DNA of 64,000 nucleotides from Nitrospiraceae bacterium (GTDB taxonomy: Bacteria; Nitrospirota; Nitrospiria; Nitrospirales; Nitrospiraceae). Shown here piece by piece: positions 8,936 to 18,005 of this stretch; position 1 is the stretch's first letter; each line of letters starts with the position of its first letter. The stretch lies in NCBI GenBank assembly GCA_050246315.1, contig JBFWWG010000003.1:320001-384000 (forward strand), read 5' to 3'. Position numbers and translations under genes: made by a program. The notes beneath the pieces are model-generated. The model saw only the letters and a list, made by a program, of their open reading frames with translations, was not told the DNA's origin and did not search any database.

Positions 8936-11900
8936 CTAGGATACCAAACCGACCACCCCTTTGCCTAGTACTTCTTCAACATCCGCCACAAAGTACTCGC
9001 TGGGGGTCACCTTGATCGTGGGGAGGGGTCCGGTGTCGGCCTCGAAGTCCGACCCGACCCTGAAGGTCAGACATACCATGGTGGACCCGGGATGCCGCTG
9101 CAAGACCTCCTGGAGACGGCTGAGCCGGAGACCGGCCTCGGGCGTATCCGACACCGTGATCGTGACCTTGCTGATGGCCTTGGCCTGCAACTCGGCCAGG
9201 AGCTCAACCTTAACGCCCCGGATCTTGGTTCCCTTTTCCCCTCGGTCTACAGTGCCGGTGATACGGACCACCTGCTCGGGCACCAGCAGCTCGGACGCCG
9301 TCTGATAGAGGTCGGGAAACACGATGATCTCCGCCGTTCCCTGTAAGTCCTCCACCGCGACATAGGCCATCTTGTCGCCTTTCTTGGTGACCAAGTTCTT
9401 GACGGTCGCGATGATCCCGGCCAGACGCACCTCCTTGCCGTCTCCGATCTCGGAGAGGGTTTGGGTCGTGGCTGTGGCAAAACTCCGGACCGCGGCTTCA
9501 TATCGCGCCAAGGGGTGTCCCGTGATATAGAACCCTGTCAGCTCCCGCTCGAACTTCAACCGCTGAGCCTGGTCCCACTCAGGGACGTTTGGTAGCGGGG
9601 GATCGATAGGGGCGGAAGGCGCATCCGTGGCTTCCAGGTCGCCGAAAATGCTGGTCTGACCGCTCGCCCGCTCCCGCTGCGCCGCCGCTCCTTCTTCCAT
9701 GGCTTGATCCAGCACGGCCATGAGCTGGGCCCGCCTGGCCCCCATCGAATCGAACGCGCCGGCCTTGATCAGCCCTTCCATCATCCGCTTGTTGACCTTG
9801 TGCAGGTCCACGCGCCGGCAGAAATCGAAAAATGACCGGAACCGTCCGGCATCGGTTCGGATCTTGATGACGGATTCGACCGCGCCTTCCCCCACGTTCT
9901 TGATCGCCGCCAGCCCGCAGCGAATGCTCCCATCCACCACGGCGAAGCTCTTGTGGCTCTCGTTGACATCCGGCGGCAGGATCTTGATGCCGAGGTCCCG
10001 GCATTCCGTGAAGTAGCCGACGAGCTTGTCCGAGTTCCCCATTTCGCTCGTGAGCAGCGCCGCCATGAACTCGGTCGGGTAGTGGGCCTTGAGATAGGCG
10101 GTCTGGTAACACACCACAGCATAGGCGGCCGCGTGCGACTTGTTGAATCCGTAGCCGGCGAACTTCTGGATCAGGTCGTAGAGTTTTTCGGCTTTCTTTT
10201 CCGTGACTTTCTTACCTTTGGCGCCTTCCAGGAATTTGGCCTTGAGCTTCTCCATCTCCTCCGGCTTCTTCTTCCCCATCGCCCGCCGAAGAATGTCCGC
10301 TTGGCCGAGCGAGAATCCGGCCACCTTGTTGGCGATGGCCATGACCTGCTCCTGATAGACGATGATCCCGTAGGTATCCTTGAGGATCGGCTCCAGCTCC
10401 GCCATTTCGTATGTGATGGCAATCTTCCCCTGCTTGCGCTTGATGAAGTCGGGGATCAGGTCCATCGGACCGGGCCGGTAGAGGGCGATGATGGCGATGA
10501 TGTCCTCGAACCGGTCCGGCCTGAGACCGGTCAGCAAATCGCGCATGCCCGAACTTTCCAATTGAAACAGGCCGGTCGTCTTGCCGGATGAGAGCAGCGC
10601 AAAGGTCTTCGCGTCGTCGAATGGAATCCGCTCGACCGTGAACGACAGGCCGGGATGCGTTTCATTGACAAGCCGTTCAGCCTGCCGGACCATCGTGAGC
10701 GTCTTGAGCCCCAGAAAATCGAACTTGACCAGCCCGATTTTTTCGACATCTCCCATCGAATATTGGGTCACGACTTCGTCGTTGGCCCCCTTGTAAAGGG
10801 GCACGTGATCCGTCAGCGGCTCTTCCGAGATCACGACACCGGCCGCATGGGTTGATGCGTGGCGCGCCAGCCCTTCCAACGACTGCGCGATCGACATCAA
10901 CTCTTTGAACTTGGACTCGGTCTCGACCAACTCTCTCAGCTTGGGCTCCTGGTCCAGCGCCTGCTGCAAGGTAATGTTGAGCTGGTTCGGGACCAATTTG
11001 GCGACCTTATCCACCTCCGCATAGGGGATCTCCATCACACGCCCGACGTCGCGGATTGCGGCCTTGGCCCCGAGTGTCCCGAACGTAATGATCTGGGCCA
11101 CGTGGTCGGAGCCGTATTTGTCCACCACGTAGTTGATGACCTCGCCTCGACGGTCCATGCAGAAATCCATATCGATGTCGGGCAGGGACACACGCTCGGG
11201 ATTCAGAAACCGCTCGAAGAGGAGGCTGTAGACCAGCGGATCCAAATCGGTGATGCGTAAGGCATAGGCCACCAGGCTCCCTGCCGCAGAACCTCGTCCA
11301 GGCCCGACGGGGATCCCACGCGAACGGGCGAACTTGATGATGTCCCAGACAATTAGGAAATAGCCGGCAAATCCCATCGCACAGATGATGGCCAGCTCCT
11401 CGCGCAAACGCGCGTCATAGTCCAGGGTCGGCAGAGTCCCAGGACGTTCGCTCAGCCGCGCAGCCAAACCCTCGATCGCCAAGTGTTCGAGATAGGTCTC
11501 ACGTGTGTAGCCATCCGGCACCTTGTATTGAGGGAGGTAGGTCTTGTTCAGGGTCAGTTGCAAATCGCATTGCTCAGCGATCCGCACCGTGTTGCTCACA
11601 GCGTCCGGCAACTCGGAAAACTCGCGTATCACTTCGTCGGTGGACTTGACGTACAATTGATCCGTGTCGAACCTCATCCGATTGGGGTCATTGAATGTCT
11701 TGCCGGTTTGCAGGCAGAGCATGAGGTCGTGGGGCCGGGAGTCTGCTTGCTTCAGATAGTGACAGTCGTTGGTCCCGGCAAGCGGAATGCCGAGCTTCTT
11801 GTGAATCTCAAGCAATCCGTCGTTGGCGATCCGTTGATGCTCCAGCCCGTTGGCCTGCAGTTCCAGATAGTAACTGTCCTTGCCGAAGATCTCCCGGTAT

Positions 11901-12388
11901 TCGCCGGCCACCCGGGTGGCCCCTTCTATATCCTTCTGACCGATGAGGTAGGCCACTTCACCGCTCAAACAGCCCGAGAGGGCGATCAGCCCATCATGAT
12001 GCTGCTGTAATAATTCCTTATCCATCCGTGGCTTATAGTAGAACCCTTCAAGATACGCTTTACTCACCAACTTGATGAGATTTTGATAGCCGGTGAGGTT
12101 CCGCGCGAGCAGGATCAGATGGTAGTAGTCGTTGTGGGCAAGGCCGCTATCTTTTGCAAAACGGCTCCCCGGCGCCATGTAAGCTTCACAACCGATGATC
12201 GCCTTCACTCCGGCATCCTTGGCCTTCCGGTAGAACTCGACCGCCCCGAACATGTTGCCGTGATCGGTCATGGCCACCGCCGGTTGGCCGAAGCCTTTGA
12301 TCTGCTTCATCAGCGGATCGATTTGGTTGGCACCGTCGAGGAGGCTGTACTGGGTATGGAGGTGGAGGTGGACGAATTGCGGTGGCAT
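8936..12388 (-). CDS. dnaE: DNA polymerase III alpha subunit
   Basis: Start MPPQFVHLHLHTQYSLLDG (PHP domain); GPGRGSAAGS, PDIDMDF, KFDFLGL, YGFNKSH, OB fold; about 1150 aa, no intein. Confidence 0.98.
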   Translation of the reverse strand: MPPQFVHLHLHTQYSLLDGANQIDPLMKQIKGFGQPAVAMTDHGNMFGAVEFYRKAKDAGVKAIIGCEAYMAPGSRFAKDSGLAHNDYYHLILLARNLTGYQNLIKLVSKAYLEGFYYKPRMDKELLQQHHDGLIALSGCLSGEVAYLIGQKDIEGATRVAGEYREIFGKDSYYLELQANGLEHQRIANDGLLEIHKKLGIPLAGTNDCHYLKQADSRPHDLMLCLQTGKTFNDPNRMRFDTDQLYVKSTDEVIREFSELPDAVSNTVRIAEQCDLQLTLNKTYLPQYKVPDGYTRETYLEHLAIEGLAARLSERPGTLPTLDYDARLREELAIICAMGFAGYFLIVWDIIKFARSRGIPVGPGRGSAAGSLVAYALRITDLDPLVYSLLFERFLNPERVSLPDIDMDFCMDRRGEVINYVVDKYGSDHVAQIITFGTLGAKAAIRDVGRVMEIPYAEVDKVAKLVPNQLNITLQQALDQEPKLRELVETESKFKELMSIAQSLEGLARHASTHAAGVVISEEPLTDHVPLYKGANDEVVTQYSMGDVEKIGLVKFDFLGLKTLTMVRQAERLVNETHPGLSFTVERIPFDDAKTFALLSSGKTTGLFQLESSGMRDLLTGLRPDRFEDIIAIIALYRPGPMDLIPDFIKRKQGKIAITYEMAELEPILKDTYGIIVYQEQVMAIANKVAGFSLGQADILRRAMGKKKPEEMEKLKAKFLEGAKGKKVTEKKAEKLYDLIQKFAGYGFNKSHAAAYAVVCYQTAYLKAHYPTEFMAALLTSEMGNSDKLVGYFTECRDLGIKILPPDVNESHKSFAVVDGSIRCGLAAIKNVGEGAVESVIKIRTDAGRFRSFFDFCRRVDLHKVNKRMMEGLIKAGAFDSMGARRAQLMAVLDQAMEEGAAAQRERASGQTSIFGDLEATDAPSAPIDPPLPNVPEWDQAQRLKFERELTGFYITGHPLARYEAAVRSFATATTQTLSEIGDGKEVRLAGIIATVKNLVTKKGDKMAYVAVEDLQGTAEIIVFPDLYQTASELLVPEQVVRITGTVDRGEKGTKIRGVKVELLAELQAKAISKVTITVSDTPEAGLRLSRLQEVLQRHPGSTMVCLTFRVGSDFEADTGPLPTIKVTPSEYFVADVEEVLGKGVVGLVS

Positions 12389-12407
12389 GGTGAAAAAAGT
12401 GAAACGG

Positions 12408-12436
12408 ATTGTAGGAGGGGAGGGAGGGGAAGTCAA
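12408..12436 (-). promoter_or_regulatory. Sigma-70 promoter for dnaE-accA
   Basis: TTGACT-17nt-TACAAT on the minus strand, about 20 nt upstream of the ATG. Confidence 0.65.
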
Positions 12437-12460
12437 ACGAGGAGAAGGAGAGAAGATGAT

Positions 12461-12880
12461 GAGGAAGCGATAGGGTGGGTCTCGTGCGCTCGCAGAGGCC
12501 GCACGATAGGAATGTGCTCCCTCGATGCGCGCGATTCGAGACCCACCCATCGCCTCCTCTCCGGACGGGGAGGGAAACAACGAGCAAGCTTGGAAGGAGC
12601 ATTGATATCGAAGCACTCGCCACGGACGGGGGAAGTCAAACCGAGCGGAGAGGGCGAGGCATGCCCGTATCAGTCTTGTGCTCCCGGAGGCCGCATGCTC
12701 GGAAGCATGCCCCCTCGACGGCCGCAATGGAACCGACACAGGCATGCCTCCCCAGATGAATTTTCTCCAATCCGATGGGAAGAGAGACAACCCTGCCGTC
12801 TTCACCAATGCAAAGTGAAGGAGTAATCAGCGAGCTCGGAGGGAACATCGAATACTCGCAGAGGCCGCACGATTGGAATG
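12461..12880. repeat. Mosaic of palindromic REP/BIME-like repeats
   Basis: Two long imperfect hairpins (12461-12559, 12652-12753) enclose a related core GCTC(G/C)C(A/G)GAGGCCGCA...; a third core at 12855-12880; a second motif AGC(A/G)AGCT(T/C)GGA(A/G)GGA(G/A)CAT at about 12583 and 12829. Confidence 0.75.
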
Positions 12881-13005
12881 AGAAAATACGCAGAAGGTCC
12901 TTCATCCCTTTCGGAGAACGGCGGAAACACAAACAACGGAGGTGCTGACAGATCACAGTGAGACGAGGATCGGCCTTCTTGATCCTATAGGACAGTCAGG
13001 CTAGC

Positions 13006-13051
13006 CTAGCAGCTTGCGAAAACCTCGATGTGTGTGCTTCAACGGGCTCAG
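13006..13051. repeat. Short dispersed repeat (IS-end/MITE-like) beginning with CTAG
   Basis: CTAGCAGCTTGCGAAAACCTCGATGTGTGTGCTTCAACGGG; reverse-complement match to 3005-3047; similar terminus at 16560-16578. Confidence 0.75.
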
Positions 13052-13100
13052 CAGGCTCGAAAAACCCCGGTGTAGGCACCAATCGCTCCGTTCGTCCTGA

Positions 13101-13256
13101 AGCCCTCGAAGTCTGTACGATTGCGTCAATCTTGCCTTAGCGGAAGCCGTTGACGGGGTCTTGATCACGGCGGACCGCAAATTGTACACGGCCATCGCCG
13201 GTGGGCCATATAATCCTCGAGTGTCCTGGATCGAGGATCTGCCACGGGTGGCATGA
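13101..13256 (+). pseudogene. C-terminal remnant of a VapC/PIN-domain toxin
   Basis: My translation RSLYDCVNLALAEAVDGVLITADRKLYTAI...VSWIEDL* matches the PIN YD..YLALA / lvTaD..L motifs; no start codon, in-frame stop at 13098. Confidence 0.75.
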
Positions 13257-13556
13257 GTGGAACGGGCGGGTTATCTTCCCAGATCCTCACGGATCATTGT
13301 CATGCTTCAAAGGCCACACCCAACTCATGTCGGCTCCGAATTGGATGAATTGCCATGATCTCAGGGTTCATAGCGCATGAACCGACGGCGAGAATCGAGC
13401 GCATGTCATCCAGCCAGGCTGGCTATTCACATTTGGTAGACGTTGGAGTAGAGTGGCGCCCCTGCAATTCAAGAAGCGTGAACGGCGGTCTCCTGGCTCA
13501 GTCGAGGGGACGACACTTCACACCATTATCGTCTACCCCGAAAAGGAGGTCTCTGC

Positions 13557-14996
13557 ATGATGCCCGGTGTGCCCGCAATGTTGAGTGTGCTGGCCGGCTC
13601 ACTCGTGTTCTTGCTTGGACTCACGTCATCGCTGGCGGACTCGCATCTCGCCATCCCGAAGCCGACCGACCCGTTGCTCCCTCCTCCGCCTCCTCCGACC
13701 ATCGGCCCGTCCATCGTCAATCTGACCCTCAGCGTGTCGCTCCAACACCTCGCGCAAGCGGTGCAGGATTCCTTTCCCATCCACCATCAGCACGAGGACC
13801 AGTGGACGCCGGGCAAGCGGCTGATCGAAGGCGCCCCTTTTGAGTATCGGTACTACTTGTGGCGGGGGCCGGCGCAATTCAAGCTGACCGGGAACCAACT
13901 GGTCACAGAATTTCCGGACGTGCGATATCGCGTCGCCGCTCGCGTGTCAGAGACCGACGGCCAGACGCGCATGGGCACCTGTGGGTATGGTGATCAATGG
14001 CCGCGACATTTGCGCCTCACTGCCACTTCGTTACTGTCCTGGGCCGAATCCTGGCGGTTGCACACCATCACGACCTTTGAACCTCCGGCGTTGGTGGATG
14101 ATTGCCGACTCACTCCATTGATGGCGGACGTCGGCCCATTATTGGCTGCGGGGTTGAAGGAACGATTACCGCCGCTCGCGACGGCCATCGATCGAACCGT
14201 GGCGGAACGGGCAGAGGCTAAACAGCGGGCCGAAGGCATCTGGCAGCGCCTCCAGGAACCGGTCGAACTGAAGCGAGGCATGTGGCTTGCGTTTCGCCCA
14301 TCCGGTGCACAGGCCGGACCGATTACTCCCGATGGGGAGGCGAGTGTGCAGTCGGTCGTGAGTCTGGCATTCCATCCGACAGTCACCCTGGGACCCAAAC
14401 CTCCCGTGCCTGTCCTCCCTCTCCCACCGCTGCAACTCGACAAGGTGGCGGCTCCGGAAGGCCTGCACCTCAGCATCCCCGTGCAAGTGTCCTATGAGGA
14501 ACTGAACCGGCGCCTGATGCCCCAAGTCGTGGGAGAGGAAATTCAGCCGCCGGTCGGCTCGGCGACCAAGGTGACCGACCTGCAGGTGTACGGAAGCGGG
14601 GACCGGTTGATTGCTGCCGTCTCCGTGTCCGGCGGTGTAAATGGGACGCTCTATCTTGCCGGACGACCGTCACTCGACACAGCTACCCAGGTTCTGGAAT
14701 TTCGCGAATTCGGCTATACGATGGAGACGAAAAACGTACTGGCGAAGACCATCAACCGCATGATGTACGACGCCATTTTGGAGCAAGTGCTGCCGGATAC
14801 CAGGATCGATCTGCGCGATCTCTTTGAGGACCTCCGCAATCGGATCGAGCGACAACTCACACGAGAGCTAGTTCCAGGCACCTGGCTGGAGGGATCCGTC
14901 ACGCAACTGACTCCGCGCGGGATCTATCCCACCGAGAACGGCCTTGAGATCCAGGTCGTCGTGGACGGGAATCTGAAACTCACAATTGTGAAATGA
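13557..14996 (+). CDS. Exported DUF4403-like protein
   Basis: RBS AAAAGGAGG; signal peptide, Pro-rich linker, YxLWRGP, W+LxF+P, G+LYLxG+P patterns. Confidence 0.65.
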   Translation: MMPGVPAMLSVLAGSLVFLLGLTSSLADSHLAIPKPTDPLLPPPPPPTIGPSIVNLTLSVSLQHLAQAVQDSFPIHHQHEDQWTPGKRLIEGAPFEYRYYLWRGPAQFKLTGNQLVTEFPDVRYRVAARVSETDGQTRMGTCGYGDQWPRHLRLTATSLLSWAESWRLHTITTFEPPALVDDCRLTPLMADVGPLLAAGLKERLPPLATAIDRTVAERAEAKQRAEGIWQRLQEPVELKRGMWLAFRPSGAQAGPITPDGEASVQSVVSLAFHPTVTLGPKPPVPVLPLPPLQLDKVAAPEGLHLSIPVQVSYEELNRRLMPQVVGEEIQPPVGSATKVTDLQVYGSGDRLIAAVSVSGGVNGTLYLAGRPSLDTATQVLEFREFGYTMETKNVLAKTINRMMYDAILEQVLPDTRIDLRDLFEDLRNRIERQLTRELVPGTWLEGSVTQLTPRGIYPTENGLEIQVVVDGNLKLTIVK

Positions 14997-15089
14997 TTGA
15001 GCACAGAGGTTCGAGCGGCACCGGCGACAACGGTTGGCAGGGAAGCGAGCGATCCGCGGCGGCGGCGGGCCGCCGCGGAACTCGTCAAC

Positions 15090-15872
15090 CTATGGGCTCA
15101 GATAGCCGGTGAGATTGTCTTGGACGGAACGGACTCCCTCCACATTCTTGGCCAATTCGACCGCCTTTTCGGCCTCCCGTTGCGCTTCAACGTTTCCCGT
15201 CAAGAAGACGCGGCCCTCAAGGGTCGCGACCGAAATCTTCCGCTGACTCAGGACCGGATCGGTGGCAATGGCATTCTTCACTTTCTCTGTGGCGTCCTTG
15301 TCACCCGCGGTGCCAAAGGCTAACGGAGGGAGGTACCCGACCAAGCTATTTTGAACAGATTCCACTTCTTCCACGTTCTTGGCCAATTCAACGGCCTGAT
15401 CGGCTTCCCGCTGCGTCGGGACGTTGCCGAGTAACTGTACCCGTTTCTTGTAAGTGGACACCTTAATGCCTCGTTCACGGAGCATGGGGTCCGACTCCAG
15501 GGCGGATTTCACCTGATCGGTGATCTCTTTGTCTCGAGCGGTGCTTTCCGTCACATGAGGTCGATGACCAACGAGGTTACTTTGCACAGACCGCACCTCC
15601 TCCACACTGTTCGCCAGATCGATCGCCTTATCGGCCTCCCGCTCATGGAGAACCTGTCCCTGCAGCAACACCCGGCCTTTGTAGCTGGACACCGCAATGT
15701 TCCGCTGGCTGAGCACCGGATCGGCCGCGAGGGCGCTCTTGACCTTGTCCGTGATTTCCTTGTCCGTCGCGGCGAAAGCCGTGGACCCCGTACCGAGCAC
15801 GAGGGCCAGCCCCACCGCTGTGATCACATTTCTCCAATGGCCTCGCACTCCTGTCCGCGTCGGCTGTTGCAT
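15090..15872 (-). CDS. Periplasmic protein with three tandem BON domains (OsmY-like)
   Basis: Signal peptide (AFA-A), three near-identical units DKEITDxVKSALxxDPxL..I.V....GRV.L.G.V...EA.KA.ELAKNVE.V.SVQ.NL. Confidence 0.9.
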   Translation of the reverse strand: MQQPTRTGVRGHWRNVITAVGLALVLGTGSTAFAATDKEITDKVKSALAADPVLSQRNIAVSSYKGRVLLQGQVLHEREADKAIDLANSVEEVRSVQSNLVGHRPHVTESTARDKEITDQVKSALESDPMLRERGIKVSTYKKRVQLLGNVPTQREADQAVELAKNVEEVESVQNSLVGYLPPLAFGTAGDKDATEKVKNAIATDPVLSQRKISVATLEGRVFLTGNVEAQREAEKAVELAKNVEGVRSVQDNLTGYLSP

Positions 15873-16172
15873 GGGTTCCTCCCTCCTTGTGAGATGGTGG
15901 TCAACTACGCCGGTTCCCTGCCGTGCCAGTGAAGAAGACGACAGAAGAAGATGGATCAGGTTGGGTCATTCGCGATGCTTCAACGAAAATGCACGTATGC
16001 TAGCACGTTCCCGGAGCAAAACCAAGAAACGGAGCGAGGCCACAGAGGCCCGTTCACCGGGTGCCCACGATACGGATGGAACCGCATGGAACGTGAGGAT
16101 TCACTGCCTCCCGCCATCCTATACCGTCTATCGCGCGTCTCGTTGTCATTCCAAACAATGACGGACTCCATC

Positions 16173-16447
16173 CATCGCGACAGCGGGCGGCTGCGGGGTC
16201 GCCGGACCATCTGGGGCGGCCGCGCACCGGTCCGCACGGCCCTGTATATGGCCACCTTGGTGGCGACCCGCTGGAACCCGGTGATCCGGCAGTGCTATCA
16301 GCGCGTGCGCGCCGCCGGCAAAGCGCCCAAGGTCGCACTGGCGGCCGCGATGCGCAAGCTGCTGACCATTCTCAATGCGATGGTGCATCATGGGACTCGC
16401 TGGCGTTCCACCGTTCAGGTGGCTACTTGACAATCAAGACAGTTGCT
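16173..16447 (+). mobile_element. 3' remnant of an IS110-family transposase plus the element's right end
   Basis: RDSG...RTIWGGRAPVRTALYMATLVATRWNPVI...GKAPKVALAAAMRKLLTILNAMV (stop 16430), then TTGACAATCAAGACAGTTGCT. Confidence 0.88.
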
Positions 16448-16578
16448 CGGCCCTTCGCTCGCTGCGGCCTTGCCGGGCGGCCTTTTTGAGCATCCGGCAT
16501 GGCTGTCCGTCGTCGTTTGAGACCTCGATGTCCGTGACAATCATAAGCGTTGAAGACAGTTTTTCCGCAGCCTGCCAG
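16446..16578. repeat. Right half of a REP-like palindromic repeat followed by an IS-end-like terminus
   Basis: CTCGGCCCTTCGCTCGCTGCGGCCTTGCCGGGCGGCCTTTTTGAGCATCCGG aligns with the right half of the repeat at 20693-20745; ends GTTTTTCCGCAGCCTGCCAG like 3028-3047. Confidence 0.65.
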
Positions 16579-16690
16579 ATCTTCATGAGGGCCAGCCTAG
16601 CAGGCGGTTGAACCACGTGCTCCCTTTAGCTCTCGTCTCGCTTCATTGCTGCGGCCTTGTTCCTCTGCTTCCATACGCTCACAATCTGAG

Positions 16691-16872
16691 CAATTCCGCA
16701 CAGCGCGCTCGTCGCAATTCCTCACGTCAGACGATCAACTCCGCACACCTCGCACCCTTCGCAGGCAATCCGATGCAAGCGTCAAACATTGCTACCACAA
16801 TGCTTTCTCCCTCGTGACGCCGCTCGCGCCGCCACGGTTGGTGAACACATTCTCGCGGGCAAGCATATTGCG
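16691..16872 (+). promoter_or_regulatory. Candidate sigma-54 promoter with upstream repeated activator sites
   Basis: GGGCAAGCATATTGCG (GG-N10-GC) at 16857-16872; three copies of CAA(T/C)TCC(G/T)CAC at 16691, 16715, 16736. Confidence 0.5.
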
Positions 16873-17276
16873 TATACATGTTGCGTGCATTTGTTCCGGC
16901 GGTGCTTGGCAGACTCGCCAGCGTCCTGATCACCATGGCGCGGGTTATTAACAAGAGGGTGCGTCTCTCAGGTTGGGGCAAGCAAGATTGTTTCGGTTCC
17001 TTGAGGTCGTTCGAGACTGACGGGGCGCGAACCACAACGATCTCGCTGAGCCGGAGGCTCAAAAGGCCGCTCAGCGCAGACGTGGCGAGCGAAGAGGGGA
17101 ATCGTACCCGAGATGCCAGGTGCTCTTCTTCGTACCACGAGCCGAAAACGTTGAGCCACTGCACGTCAGGCCCATTGCATCCTGACGATGCAGCACCGAG
17201 TGCCTTAGCGACGCTGGTGGATGTTCCCCAAGAGTCTGTCAGCCTTCGGCGGCACGCCGGAAAGGAGGTGAGGCGG

Positions 17277-17339
17277 ATGCGCCAAGCTCACAAGCGCGAC
17301 TCAAAGGGTGGTTATCTGCACGAGCGGTCTCCTCCTTGA
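17277..17339 (+). CDS. Possible 20-aa leader/small peptide MRQAHKRDSKGGYLHERSPP
   Basis: Very strong SD AAAGGAGGTGA at 17261-17271, five nt before ATG. Confidence 0.3.
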   Translation: MRQAHKRDSKGGYLHERSPP

Positions 17340-17418
17340 GCCTCGCTCAAGCAACGACCAAAGGGACCGACGTGACAGTACACGTGTATACTCCGAGGGG
17401 AGTTCAAGAGGAGGATTT

Positions 17419-17904
17419 ATGCGAAGCCGTGATGCTTATCATACCATCGTTCTGTATATCATGGGAATTGCAGTGTGCTCGATGCTATTCGTCCTGCACC
17501 CGACAGTGACATCGGCAACGACAACCGGTCTGGGCTTGGACTGGCTGCCTCAACTCACCGATCACGTGCTGCGCGTGCAATACGGCACTGGGCCGGACGC
17601 CGGCAAGATGGAACCGTATGTGAAACAGCTCATGACGGTGCGCACGGCCTTGCTCGACGGGAAAGGTGCGGAGGTGTACAAAGGGATGAACCAGTTCATG
17701 GACATGTTAGAGACGACCAACAACGGGATTTCAAAAGCCACTGCCGACAAACTGTTTGACTATGCGTTCGAAGTGACACCGGCAAAGTTTATCGAAAAGA
17801 AGCGCTATCTCGCGTACTACAACAAGACCACGGCCCCTTACATTGACAATTTCCTGGAGAATGTTGGTGGTGGCGCGGCCGCGGCAGCACAGCTTGAACA
17901 ATAA
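17419..17904 (+). CDS. Exported helical protein of unknown function
   Basis: RBS GAGGAGG; N-terminal hydrophobic segment; core YKGMNQFMDMLE..GIS..ADKLFDYAFEVTP. Confidence 0.75.
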   Translation: MRSRDAYHTIVLYIMGIAVCSMLFVLHPTVTSATTTGLGLDWLPQLTDHVLRVQYGTGPDAGKMEPYVKQLMTVRTALLDGKGAEVYKGMNQFMDMLETTNNGISKATADKLFDYAFEVTPAKFIEKKRYLAYYNKTTAPYIDNFLENVGGGAAAAAQLEQ

Positions 17905-17913
17905 CCATCGTGA

Positions 17914-17943
17914 CGGGGGCGGTACTGGCTTGAACCGCCCCCG
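17914..17943 (+). terminator. GC-rich hairpin after the 17419 gene (no U tract)
   Basis: CGGGGGCGGT-loop-ACCGCCCCCG. Confidence 0.35.
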
Positions 17944-18005
17944 CAGGACGGGTGGAGTATCGCCGTCCTCCGCTCCATTCGATTCCGGTCTCGAGGTTTC
18001 AGGCA

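Noticed and set aside
12389..12808. 140-aa N-terminal extension of dnaE in the ORF track
   Set aside because: It runs through the promoter and palindromic repeats; the PHP motif begins right after ATG 12388
15951..16172. N-terminal part of the 159-aa ORF as IS110 sequence
   Set aside because: Transposase similarity starts only at HRDSG (16173); the upstream part is a chance open frame
17003..17044. ZMP/ZTP (pfl) riboswitch resemblance (GGTCG..GACTGACG..AACCAC), tempting because purH is nearby
   Set aside because: Lacks the GUGG pairing partner, the GGGGAG motif and the 3' CGCCUGGGC hairpin, and is 2 kb from purH
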